In this document: positions 41,392 through 50,816 of the stretch, one piece after another | Position numbering within the stretch: position 1 is the stretch's first letter | Layout of the letters: each line of letters begins with the position of its first letter | DNA from: Opitutia bacterium | Lineage (GTDB): Bacteria; Verrucomicrobiota; Verrucomicrobiia; Opitutales; T3Sed10-336 | Assembly: GCA_050506795.1 (NCBI GenBank) | Contig: JBJHCF010000013.1 | Span: 1 to 64,000 of the forward strand | DNA: 64,000 nucleotides | Direction of reading: 5' to 3' | Program-made: the position numbers and the translations under genes | The notes under the pieces: generated by a model | Database searches by the model: none | What the model saw: only the letters and a program-made list of their open reading frames with translations | Told to the model about the DNA's origin: nothing

Positions 41392-42837
41392 TCAGTCGTC
41401 GTCTTCCGGCGGCGGGACGTCGGTCGCGGTGAAGGTTCCGTGGACCTGGCGCGGGGGATCGGTGAACGCGGTTCCAGTGAAGGTCCCCGACGATTCGTCG
41501 TCGTAGCTCAGGGTCAGATTGTATTGGGTGGGAAAAAAGGCTTCCGGATCGAAGATCAACTGCAGTTGTCCGGAATAGGGCGTGGTGGTGTCGAAGGCCC
41601 GCACATTGCCCGACATTTCCACCGAAGAACCCGGATTTTCCACGTAAGTGCCGAAAAGGGCGGTAGGCCCGAAATTCAGGCGGATGACCTGGGTGGGACT
41701 GAACGACTCGAAGCGGAAGTCGAAGGTGCGGTTGGGCAGACCGGCGAACGCGGTGCGCGGGTACTCGACCCGGGCGACCCGCAGAAAGAGCTGCGGTTCG
41801 TTGTTGAATCGCGCCGGCAGAGGCGCCGGATTCGGCGGTATCTCCTGATTGGTGAGGTGTCCGCGGAGGAAGAACCAGGTTTCAAGATCGGTGCTGTAAA
41901 AGGTGGCATATTCGTTGAAATACTCCTGTTCGAATTTCAGGGCGAACGGACGGGATTCACCCACGAGTTCCGTGAGCAATCCGCGCGGACGCGGCAACGG
42001 CTCGGCATCCGGATCGAATGCTTCGGCCTCGGGCCCGTTTCTGACAATGGTGACTCGCTGAATCACGATGTCGTCGATCGGCCGGTCGTCGGGGATGGAG
42101 GGAGGCTCCTCTCCATTTCCGTTGTCGCCGTCACCGTTCTCATCACCGTTGTCGCCATTTTCGCCGTCACCGTTCTCATTACCGTTGCCGTTTTCGCCGT
42201 TCTCTCCGTCGTTTTCGTTCTCCTCCTCCTCGTCGTCGTTGTTGAGATCGCTCCCGGTCGGTGTCGTACCGATGGCCTCAACCACCTCCATGCCGCGCAC
42301 CACGCGGCCGAAAACGGAGTGGGCCCCGTCCAGGTGCGGCGCTTCGTCCAGGGTGATGAAGAATTGACTGCCATTGGTGTTCGGTCCGGCGTTGGCCATC
42401 GAGAGTAGACCCGCTTCGGAATGGGTCAGCTCCGGGAGGATTTCATCGGGGAAGAAATACCCCGGCCCCCCGCTGCCATCGCCGCGCGGCGATCCGGACT
42501 GAATGACGAACCCGGGTTCCACCCGGTGGAAGATCAGGCCGTCGTAAAACGGCCGGCTCCGCAGGGCCAGGGTGTTCATATCGATCCACCGTTGCGTGCC
42601 CTCGGCCAGGCCGACGAAATTGGCCACGGTCATCGGGGTCTGGTCGAAGTAAAGCTCGCAAACGAACTCGCCGAACGCGTCCTCGCCCTCCTCGCCGGTG
42701 AATTCGATCTCGAAAACCGCGAACAGGCCCGGGCCGAGGTCGTCATAGGGGCCGCCGTTTTCGGCGAGGCCCAAAGGGATCAAGGCGGAAAAAAGGAATA
42801 TCGCGGCGGAGCGGAGCATGAGATTGATCTTGCGCAT
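41392..42837 (-). CDS. Secreted cyclophilin-type peptidylprolyl isomerase with C-terminal extension
   Basis: [43 protein letters not shown]; signal peptide. Confidence 0.9.
   Translation of the reverse strand: MRKINLMLRSAAIFLFSALIPLGLAENGGPYDDLGPGLFAVFEIEFTGEEGEDAFGEFVCELYFDQTPMTVANFVGLAEGTQRWIDMNTLALRSRPFYDGLIFHRVEPGFVIQSGSPRGDGSGGPGYFFPDEILPELTHSEAGLLSMANAGPNTNGSQFFITLDEAPHLDGAHSVFGRVVRGMEVVEAIGTTPTGSDLNNDDEEEENENDGENGENGNGNENGDGENGDNGDENGDGDNGNGEEPPSIPDDRPIDDIVIQRVTIVRNGPEAEAFDPDAEPLPRPRGLLTELVGESRPFALKFEQEYFNEYATFYSTDLETWFFLRGHLTNQEIPPNPAPLPARFNNEPQLFLRVARVEYPRTAFAGLPNRTFDFRFESFSPTQVIRLNFGPTALFGTYVENPGSSVEMSGNVRAFDTTTPYSGQLQLIFDPEAFFPTQYNLTLSYDDESSGTFTGTAFTDPPRQVHGTFTATDVPPPEDDD
42108..42245 (-). 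repeat. Low-complexity coding repeat (E/N/G/D)
   Basis: Encodes [46 protein letters not shown]; repeated GCCGTCACCGTTCTCAT units on the + strand. Confidence 0.8.
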
Positions 42838-42895
42838 GAGTCGGTGAATTCGTTTGGCAGGTTGGGCGATAAGCAGCCGGATTGCACGGAAAATC

Positions 42896-43462
42896 TCAGC
42901 TCCCCGGCTTCACCGCCGGGGTACCTTTCAAGTGTGCCGGCAGGGCATCGGGGGCGTAGGTGGGAAAATTCAGGTGCACCAGAGAAACGAGGGGGACGGA
43001 AAAACTCGCGTTTCCCGCGCTGCGGTCGACCAGCACCGCCAGGGCCTGGGGGGCGCCTCCTTCGGCGGCCGCGATGTCGATGGCTTCGCGCGCCCGTCCG
43101 CCCCGGGTCACCACATCCTCCACCACCAGAATGCGTTCGCCGGGCGCGATGCGGAAACCGCGACGCAGGGCCAGGCGATCGTTTTCCTTTTCCACGAAAA
43201 TAAAGCGGCTGCCGCTCTGACGAGCCACCTCCTGGCCGATCACCAGTCCGCCCATGGCGGGGGCCAGGACGGTTTCGAAGCGGGTGTCCCCGAGCTTTTC
43301 CAGTAACAGTTCCGCGAGCCTTTCGACATGATTCAGGTATTGGCACACCTGGGCGCACTGGAAGAAATATTCGCTGTGCAGTCCCGACCGAAGCACAAAA
43401 TGCCCCTTGAGCAACGCTCCGCTCCGGCGGAAGATATCAAGAACTTCGTCGTTTTGATTCAT
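42896..43462 (-). CDS. pyrE: Orotate phosphoribosyltransferase
   Basis: [31 protein letters not shown]. Confidence 0.93.
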   Translation of the reverse strand: MNQNDEVLDIFRRSGALLKGHFVLRSGLHSEYFFQCAQVCQYLNHVERLAELLLEKLGDTRFETVLAPAMGGLVIGQEVARQSGSRFIFVEKENDRLALRRGFRIAPGERILVVEDVVTRGGRAREAIDIAAAEGGAPQALAVLVDRSAGNASFSVPLVSLVHLNFPTYAPDALPAHLKGTPAVKPGS

Positions 43463-43549
43463 ATTTGGCGGAATGATGAGAACAAAGGGCTGGAAAAACA
43501 AAATCAATTTTGCCAAGTCGCGGTCTCGGCTGTTAGAGTGTTTACGGCA

Positions 43550-44392
43550 ATGTATGGATTCGTGAGAGAACTGGAAGACGAGTTGGGAGACGTGCTGGAA
43601 AAGGCGTTGAAGTTTTCCGGCATGACGGAGGAGTCCCTCGCCAGTCGGTCCGGGGTGTCCGCGGCGAAAATCAAGGATGCCGAGGATTATCGCTACGACC
43701 TGACGGCGGACGAATTGCGCAGCCTGGCCAGTGTTTTGAAGTTGAACGAAGTCGGGCTTTCCGCGTTGAGCGGGGGACGTTACCCGTTGCCCGCTCTGTC
43801 CGGTCTTCCATGCGAATTGTATACCCTGGCGATGCCTTTCGGAGTGGGGTGCGTCAATGCCTACCTGGTGGCGGAGCCCGGGGCCGGTACGGCGCTATTG
43901 TTCGACACCGGCAACGACCTGCGGGCATTGTCGCAGGTTTGGCCGGAGGGGGTCGATTCGGTCGATGGGATATTTCTGACCCACTGGGACGCCGACCATG
44001 CTGGGGGGGTCGTCGCGTTGCGGCAACGGTATCCCGAGGCGGTGGTGTTCGCGCCTGCCGGCGGCACCGGGAATTACAAAGTGTTGCGCGGCGGCGAGAC
44101 GATAGAGCGATCCGGGTTTAATATCCGTGTTATGGATACTCCCGGGCATTCGGAGCATCACCTTTCCTATCATGTGGTTCCCTCATGCCGGCCGGAGAGC
44201 GGCGGCATACTGGTTGGCGGAGACCTTTTATTCGCCGGTTCCGTCGCCTGCGCCTTTTATTGTCCGCGGAAACTCCTGAGCAACGTGCGCCGGGTTCTGG
44301 CGGAAATGGACGGAGAGACCGTCGTCGCTCCGGGCCACGGCCCACTGACCACCATCGAAAACGAGAGGCGTTACAACGTCTTTAATTTTTAA
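43550..44392 (+). CDS. HTH-fused metallo-beta-lactamase-fold hydrolase
   Basis: N-terminal XRE-like helical domain; FDTG, THWDADH, TPGHS, GDLLF, PGHG. Confidence 0.8.
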   Translation: MYGFVRELEDELGDVLEKALKFSGMTEESLASRSGVSAAKIKDAEDYRYDLTADELRSLASVLKLNEVGLSALSGGRYPLPALSGLPCELYTLAMPFGVGCVNAYLVAEPGAGTALLFDTGNDLRALSQVWPEGVDSVDGIFLTHWDADHAGGVVALRQRYPEAVVFAPAGGTGNYKVLRGGETIERSGFNIRVMDTPGHSEHHLSYHVVPSCRPESGGILVGGDLLFAGSVACAFYCPRKLLSNVRRVLAEMDGETVVAPGHGPLTTIENERRYNVFNF

Positions 44393-44491
44393 TCGACGTG
44401 ATTTCCGGTCGGTGTTCCGGCGTTCTTTTGTGTTGAACCCGAAATGTTTGCCTTACATGGTGGTGCTGATTTGGCCAGCGAAAATACAGCC

Positions 44492-45688
44492 ATGAATACA
44501 CCGCCGACCGGCGTGCAGCCCGCCCGGGGTGGTAGCGATGTCGCTCCCGGGACGGAAGCCAAACGCCTGGCCCTGGTGGAGGACGATCGGCTGAACGCGA
44601 TAATTCTGCAGCGTATTCTCGAGCGTGACGGCTACCAGGTGACGTGGTTCGCCTCGGGAGAGGAATTTCTGAATGCGCCGGGAAGGGAGGCGTTCGATCT
44701 GGTCCTGTTGGATGTGGTATTGCCCGGAGTCGACGGACTGGAGGTCTGTCGCCGGCTGAAAGCGTCCCTTGGAGACTCCGATGTCCCGGTGATTTTTATC
44801 ACCGCCCGCAGTGGCGCCAAAGACGTGGTGGCGGGATTCGAGTCGGGCGGGGCGGACTACATTCCCAAGCCGTTTCAGCCGAGCGAGGCCCTGGCCCGGG
44901 TGCGCACGCACCTGCGCGTGCGGGAGTTATTGAATGAGCAGGCGGAGATCATCGCCAAACTCGACGCGGCGGTGCAGGCGCGCAATCGGCTGCTCGGAGT
45001 GACGGCCCATGACTTGCGGAATCCGCTGATATCGATACGGGGTTTCGGCGAAATGTTGCGCGACGGGATGGCGGGAGAAATGAACGCGGAGCAGAGCGAG
45101 ATGGCCTCGATCATAGCTTCGGCCGCGGCGTCGATGTTGGGGTTGATCGACGATCTGCTCGATCTTTCCGCGATCGACGCTGGGGAATTGAAATTGGACC
45201 TGGAGGAAAGTGACCTGGCCGAACTGCTGGACAAGACGGTGTCCTTGTATCGGGGTCATGCGGACAACAAAGAGATTTCCCTGCAAACCGATCCGCCGTC
45301 CGAAATGGTGAGGGCGTGCTTCGATCGCGGTCGTATGCAACAGGTGGCTGAGAATCTGATCAGCAACGCCCTAAAGTTCTCGCCTCGCGGACTGCGGGTA
45401 CTCGTGAAATGGGGAGAATCCGGGGACTCTGTTTTTTTCGCGGTGCGAGACGAGGGACCGGGAATTCCGGAGGCGGAGCGCGACCGTTTGTTTATGGATT
45501 ACGGCAAGACTTCAGTGCGTCCCACCGCCGGTGAAAAAAGTACCGGACTGGGGCTCGCCATCTGCCGGAAAATCGTCGAGGCTCACGGCGGTGTTATTGA
45601 GGTTACCAATCTTGCCGGCCGTGGTTGCGAGTTTGTCGTGACAATTCCCGCCCGGTTGAACGAAGGGGAGACGCATAAAAGTGAGTGA
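44492..45688 (+). CDS. Soluble hybrid response regulator/histidine kinase (REC-HisKA-HATPase)
   Basis: LLDVVLP REC; AHDLRNPL H-box; NLISNALKF, DEGPGI, GLGL. Confidence 0.92.
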   Translation: MNTPPTGVQPARGGSDVAPGTEAKRLALVEDDRLNAIILQRILERDGYQVTWFASGEEFLNAPGREAFDLVLLDVVLPGVDGLEVCRRLKASLGDSDVPVIFITARSGAKDVVAGFESGGADYIPKPFQPSEALARVRTHLRVRELLNEQAEIIAKLDAAVQARNRLLGVTAHDLRNPLISIRGFGEMLRDGMAGEMNAEQSEMASIIASAAASMLGLIDDLLDLSAIDAGELKLDLEESDLAELLDKTVSLYRGHADNKEISLQTDPPSEMVRACFDRGRMQQVAENLISNALKFSPRGLRVLVKWGESGDSVFFAVRDEGPGIPEAERDRLFMDYGKTSVRPTAGEKSTGLGLAICRKIVEAHGGVIEVTNLAGRGCEFVVTIPARLNEGETHKSE

Positions 45689-46067
45689 GAGGACAACGAT
45701 ACTGCTGGTCGATGACGAAGATCATATCCGCGCCTTGATAAGGGCTCTGTTGAAGCACGCCGGGAATTACCGTGTGATCGAGGCGCGGGACGGCGCGGAG
45801 GGTGTTCGCCTTTTCGAGTCGGAGAAACCCGACGCGGTCATGATGGACATCAATATGCCGCAAATGGACGGGGTGGCCGCGCTTTGGAAGATGCGTGAAA
45901 TCGATGACAAGGCGGTCATCATCATGTTGACGGCCAAGGCCACTGAATACGCGGTGCGGGAGTGCCTGCATGCCGGCGCGTCGAATTTTATCCGCAAGGA
46001 TACGCCCAAGGAAAGGGTGATGGAGCTGGTCAAATCAACCCTGGCCGAGCATGGCCTGGACACCTAA
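45681..46067 (+). CDS. Single-domain (CheY-like) response regulator
   Basis: VDDE, MDINMPQMDG, LTA, K; 128 aa. Confidence 0.92.
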   Translation: MSERTTILLVDDEDHIRALIRALLKHAGNYRVIEARDGAEGVRLFESEKPDAVMMDINMPQMDGVAALWKMREIDDKAVIIMLTAKATEYAVRECLHAGASNFIRKDTPKERVMELVKSTLAEHGLDT

Positions 46068-46081
46068 AGAGGACTTGAATC

Positions 46082-46288
46082 ATGACGGATCAAAAGGAGG
46101 GGTTAACGAGAGAGAAAGTTGAGCAGAGCTCGTTGGATGCTTTGGCGCCGGTGCGTTACTCGCTGCCCAGGATGCTGGAAGAAGTGGACCGTGATCGTGA
46201 ATCGGTGCGGGACGCGGGGAAATTGTTGAGCCAGGAACAAATCGAGGCGGTATTCGTCACTCACCGGGAAAAGAACCAAGATGCCTAA
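46082..46288 (+). CDS. Small hypothetical protein (68 aa)
   Basis: GAGGA RBS; fills the gap and overlaps the ATPase start by 8 nt. Confidence 0.7.
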   Translation: MTDQKEGLTREKVEQSSLDALAPVRYSLPRMLEEVDRDRESVRDAGKLLSQEQIEAVFVTHREKNQDA

Positions 46289-47981
46289 GGAAAATACCGC
46301 TTTTTTGGAGAAACTGCGCTCCCACGGATCGATTCCCGAGGCCCAGTTCGACACCTATATCGGGCGGCACAAGGATTCTCCCTTTGATCTGCTCCGGGCG
46401 GTGATCGAGGATGGGTATGTTCCAAAATCGACGGCCTCCCAGTACTGGGGCGATTCCATCGGCAAAACCTATGTCGATCCCTTTGAAGTGGTGATCAGCC
46501 GCGAGGCGGTCGACATGATTCCTTACGAAATCGCCCGCAAAAAAACCGTGCTTGGTTTGTACCGGTTCGGCGAGGTGCTCACCGTGTTGATGGCCGACCC
46601 CAACGACACTACGTTCATTAACCAGTTGGAGCGCATAACACAGGGACCGGTCAGTCCGCTTTTCGGGCTTCCCTGGGAGATCGAGACCGCCATTTCCATC
46701 CAGTATCAGACGCGCAAGAGCCTGGATGAATTGCTGGAGAATGTGACCAAGAGCGGCTTCAATCTTCAGATCACTTCCGGCGAGCATGTGGCCATGATGG
46801 CCGAGGCCCTGCCGGTGACCGAACTCTTCGATGCCATGCTTTTCCATTCGCTGCGCGAAAGGGCGTCGGATATCCACATCCAGCCGCAGGAGGATTATGT
46901 TCCGGTGCGGATTCGGGTTGACGGTCATTTGCGCGAAATCATTCGTTTGCCGAAATCGCTTGCCGGCGCCATCGCCGCCCGGGTCAAGGTGATGAGTGAT
47001 CTGGATGTCTCGGAGCGCCGCCTGCCCCAGGACGGACGTTTTTCCTTCGACCTCGGGGGCAACACGGCCAACTTCCGCGTCTCCGTGATGCCGTCCATCC
47101 ACGGCGAAAAAGTGGTGATCCGAATCCTGAATATTTCCGGGGTCCGCCAGGTGATGGAGCTCGACCGGATGGCCATTCTAAACAGTGTTCTGCAGCCTTT
47201 CCGACGCCTGATTCGCCGCCCCAACGGCATCATTTTCATTACCGGTCCCACCGGTTCGGGAAAGACGACCACGCTCTACGGCGCGTTGGAGGATATCAAC
47301 GATCCCGGTCAAAACATTGTTACCATTGAGGATCCGGTGGAGTACCAGTTGAAGGGACTGACCCAGGTACAGGTCAAACCGGACATCGGATTGACCTTCA
47401 ATCGGGTTCTTCGCGCCACGATGCGACAGGATCCGGACGTGATTCTGGTGGGGGAGATTCGGGACCTGGAGACTGCCAAGATCGCTTCCGAGGCCGCTTT
47501 GACCGGGCACCTGGTGTTTGCCACGCTGCACACCAATAACGCGATCCAGGCCACCGTCCGCTTGATCGATCTGGGGGTTGAGCCTTTCATTGTGGCGCCC
47601 TCCATTCTCGGAGTGGTGAGCCAGCGCCTGGCGGCCCGGATTTGCGAGAACTGTCGTGAGCCATACCACCCGGCTCTGTCTGAGTTAAAAAGACATTTCC
47701 TCGACGAGGGTATCGAAAAGGTCCCGTTTTATCGGGGAGCCGGCTGTTCCGAATGCGGGAAATCCGGTTACCGGGGACGGGTGGCGCTGCATGAACTCGT
47801 CGTGATTACCGATGAAATGCGCGCTATGATCTCCGCGGGCGCCACCATGACCGACCTGGCGCGGGCGGCGAAAAAGGTTGGCTATCGTCCCATGCGTTAC
47901 GACGGTTTGAAAAAGGTGCTGCTCGGTCTCACCACGATTGAGGAGGTGGAAAGAATTACCGTGGAGGAAATGCCCGTTTAG
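46281..47981 (+). CDS. GspE/PulE/PilB-family secretion/pilus ATPase
   Basis: ASDIHI, ERRLPQDG, GPTGSGKTTT, TIEDPVE, RQDPDVILVGEIRD, TLHTN, CxxC..CxxC, GYRGR. Confidence 0.93.
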   Translation: MPKENTAFLEKLRSHGSIPEAQFDTYIGRHKDSPFDLLRAVIEDGYVPKSTASQYWGDSIGKTYVDPFEVVISREAVDMIPYEIARKKTVLGLYRFGEVLTVLMADPNDTTFINQLERITQGPVSPLFGLPWEIETAISIQYQTRKSLDELLENVTKSGFNLQITSGEHVAMMAEALPVTELFDAMLFHSLRERASDIHIQPQEDYVPVRIRVDGHLREIIRLPKSLAGAIAARVKVMSDLDVSERRLPQDGRFSFDLGGNTANFRVSVMPSIHGEKVVIRILNISGVRQVMELDRMAILNSVLQPFRRLIRRPNGIIFITGPTGSGKTTTLYGALEDINDPGQNIVTIEDPVEYQLKGLTQVQVKPDIGLTFNRVLRATMRQDPDVILVGEIRDLETAKIASEAALTGHLVFATLHTNNAIQATVRLIDLGVEPFIVAPSILGVVSQRLAARICENCREPYHPALSELKRHFLDEGIEKVPFYRGAGCSECGKSGYRGRVALHELVVITDEMRAMISAGATMTDLARAAKKVGYRPMRYDGLKKVLLGLTTIEEVERITVEEMPV

Positions 47982-48010
47982 GGGCGGGTTGAAAGTTTGG
48001 AGCTGCGGTT

Positions 48011-50797
48011 ATGGGCAGAACGGATCCGAAGTTGCTGAAAACCGCAGTGGAATCGATGGGGGAATGTGTCCTCATCACCGGTCCCGATATCGAGGCGCCC
48101 GGACCGGAGATCGTGTACGCCAATCGTGCCTTTCTCGATATGACCGGTTACCGGCTCAAGGAGCTGATCGGTCAATCCCCCCGTCTTTTTCGCGGACCGC
48201 AAACCGATGCCAACGTCCTGAAGCAGCTTAAAAAATGCCTGCGGGGCGGGCGTGAATTCGAGGGCGAACTCCTGAATTATCGCAAGGACGGAACCTCCTA
48301 CTGGACCAATTTGCGGATCAATCCGGTACGAAACCGCGCCGGAGATATCACCCACTGGGTTTCCCTGCAACGGGACGTTTCCGACGAACGGGAGTGGGCG
48401 TCGGAGATGCAGCGGATCAACGCGGTTCTTTCCGCCCAGATGGAGCTTTCCCCGGACGGCATTCTGGTGGTCGACGTCAACGACCGGGTGATCGCCTACA
48501 ACGGGCGCTTTCAGCGGATGTGGGGAATCCCATTGGAGGCTTTTGCCCGCGGTCGGCAGGAGGACATCCTGGGCTTTATCCTGGAAAAAGTGACCAATCC
48601 CGATGCCTACCGGATCGGCATGGAGGCCTTCTACCGGTCCGGTGAGAAGCGCCTGGAGGATGAAGTCACCTTGTGCGATGGACGGATTTTCGAGCGTTAC
48701 TGCGTGACCACCCACTCGCCCCAGGGGAAATTCTACGGCTGGTTGTGGTACTTCACCGACGTCACGCAGCAGCGGGAATTCGAAAATCGCCTGGCGGAAG
48801 CGAGGCAGGAGGCGGAAGCGGCCAGCCTGGCCAAATCCCAATTCCTGGCCAACATGAGTCATGAAATCCGCACGCCGCTCAACGGAATAATCGGCATGAC
48901 GGAGATCCTCCTGCAGACCTCGGTCGACAACGAACAACGCGATTTTCTTTCTACTATTCAGGCCAGCGGCGACAACCTGCTTATTCTTATCAACGACCTG
49001 TTGGATCTCTCCCGCATCGAGTCGGGACGTCTGGAATTGGATGAGACCGAATTCGATCTTTTCAGCATGGTCGAGGATGCTCTGGCGGTGGTCGGCGCCC
49101 GGGTCGGCACCAAGAATCTGGACATCGGGTACCTGATAGATCCCGCGCTTCCGGAACGTTTTCGCAGCGACGAGAATCGTCTCAGGCAGATCCTCATCAA
49201 CCTGCTGGGCAACGCGGTAAAATTCACCGAAGCCGGCGAGGTGGTGCTCGAGGTCAAGCCTCGCCAGCCCCAGCTTCTGGCAACCGGGAGGCCGGTGCCC
49301 GAAATTCTGACTCTCGAGTTCACTGTGCGCGATACCGGGATCGGTATATCCAGCGAGGATCAGGTGAAACTCTTCCAGCCATTCAGTCAGGTGGATCCCT
49401 CGACTACCCGCCGGTACGGGGGAAGCGGGTTGGGTCTGTCCATTTGTCGCCGGTTGGTGGATCTTCTTGACGGCGAGATCTGGCTGGAGAGTCGGGTCGG
49501 TGGAGGGTCCACCTTTTCTTTCACCGTGCCGTTGCGAGTGGGTTCCCCGGCCCCGGGACGATCATCGGCCTATCTCAGTCTCAAAGGAGCCCGTTTGCTG
49601 GTGGTGGATGACAACGCCACCAACCGATTGATGGTCCGGCATCAGACCGTCCGGCACGGAATTGAGGTCGATGAGGCGAAGAACGGCCGGCAAGCCCTGG
49701 AAAAATGGAAATCCGGCCAACGTTACGACCTCGTGTTGCTCGACATGCAGATGCCGGAAATGGATGGTCTGACTCTGGCGGGAAAGATTCGCGCCCTGCC
49801 CGGCGGGGAGCGCCAGCCCATACTTCTGTCGACCTCCCTGGGGCGGTACGGCGGGATCAAACAGGAAGCGACCCGGCTTGGATTGCACTTTCTCTGCAAA
49901 CCGTTCCGGCAGTTCCAACTCATTTCCCTGCTCAAGGAGATCGTGGGCGGAGCGGAAGTTATTGATGGAGGGGAATCGACCGAAAAGGCCGCCGAGTCCG
50001 GCGGATTCGACCCGCAGCTTAGCATTCTCCTGGCCGAGGACAATCCGGTGAATCGGAAGGTCGCGCTCGGTCTGTTGAACCGTTTGGGTATTCAGGCGGA
50101 AAGTGCGGTCGACGGCCGGGAGGCGGTTCGTAGTTGGGAGCGGGGACGGCACGATCTGATTTTCATGGATGTGCACATGCCGGAAATGGATGGTTTGGCC
50201 GCCACCCGCGAAATTCGCCGGCTATCCGGAAATCACGACCTTCCGTGGATCGTGGCCATGACGGCCGACGCTTTGGCGGAGGACCGGGCCAAGTGCATTG
50301 AGGCCGGCATGAATGATTACCTGAGTAAACCGGTAAAAAGCATCGATCTGGTTTCGGTGTTGCGGCGGGTTCCCCAGGGCGAGGGAAAGGGATCTTCCGA
50401 GAGCGGAGACCAGGAACGGCGTGACCCCGAAGGCGGTGCGGGAGCGGAGGCCCCGGGTTTTTCCGAGGAAACACTCAGCCAGTTGGCGGCCCTGGGAGAA
50501 TCCGATGGGGATCATTTCCTGCGAGAACTGGTGGAGGTGTTCCTGGACGACGTGCCGGACCAACTCGAAGGCATGCGTAAGGCTCTGAGTGACAGGGACG
50601 CCGCGGCCCTGGCGCGAGCGGCTCACTCCGTCAAGGGAGCCAGCAGCAATTTCGGGGCGGCGGAACTTCAGGCGAAGTGCTTCGAATTGGAGACGCGCGC
50701 CCGCGAGGGAACGTTGGAGGGAGCGGAGAATTTGATCGGGGAAATCGAGATGATTTTCAAACGGCTCGCCGAGGCCCTACGGTCGAGATTCTCCTGA
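48011..50797 (+). CDS. Soluble hybrid sensor kinase PAS-PAS-HisKA-HATPase-REC-REC-HPt
   Basis: FLANMSHEIRTPL, DTGIGI, GGSGLGL, two REC domains (LDMQMP, MDVHMP), AHSVKGAS HPt. Confidence 0.93.
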   Translation: MGRTDPKLLKTAVESMGECVLITGPDIEAPGPEIVYANRAFLDMTGYRLKELIGQSPRLFRGPQTDANVLKQLKKCLRGGREFEGELLNYRKDGTSYWTNLRINPVRNRAGDITHWVSLQRDVSDEREWASEMQRINAVLSAQMELSPDGILVVDVNDRVIAYNGRFQRMWGIPLEAFARGRQEDILGFILEKVTNPDAYRIGMEAFYRSGEKRLEDEVTLCDGRIFERYCVTTHSPQGKFYGWLWYFTDVTQQREFENRLAEARQEAEAASLAKSQFLANMSHEIRTPLNGIIGMTEILLQTSVDNEQRDFLSTIQASGDNLLILINDLLDLSRIESGRLELDETEFDLFSMVEDALAVVGARVGTKNLDIGYLIDPALPERFRSDENRLRQILINLLGNAVKFTEAGEVVLEVKPRQPQLLATGRPVPEILTLEFTVRDTGIGISSEDQVKLFQPFSQVDPSTTRRYGGSGLGLSICRRLVDLLDGEIWLESRVGGGSTFSFTVPLRVGSPAPGRSSAYLSLKGARLLVVDDNATNRLMVRHQTVRHGIEVDEAKNGRQALEKWKSGQRYDLVLLDMQMPEMDGLTLAGKIRALPGGERQPILLSTSLGRYGGIKQEATRLGLHFLCKPFRQFQLISLLKEIVGGAEVIDGGESTEKAAESGGFDPQLSILLAEDNPVNRKVALGLLNRLGIQAESAVDGREAVRSWERGRHDLIFMDVHMPEMDGLAATREIRRLSGNHDLPWIVAMTADALAEDRAKCIEAGMNDYLSKPVKSIDLVSVLRRVPQGEGKGSSESGDQERRDPEGGAGAEAPGFSEETLSQLAALGESDGDHFLRELVEVFLDDVPDQLEGMRKALSDRDAAALARAAHSVKGASSNFGAAELQAKCFELETRAREGTLEGAENLIGEIEMIFKRLAEALRSRFS

Positions 50798-50816
50798 AAC
50801 CGGCTGAGGAAGAACG

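Noticed and set aside
48011..48400. First PAS domain resembles a LOV photoreceptor
   Set aside because: It reads GQSPRLFRG rather than GxNCRFLQ; the photoactive Cys is absent
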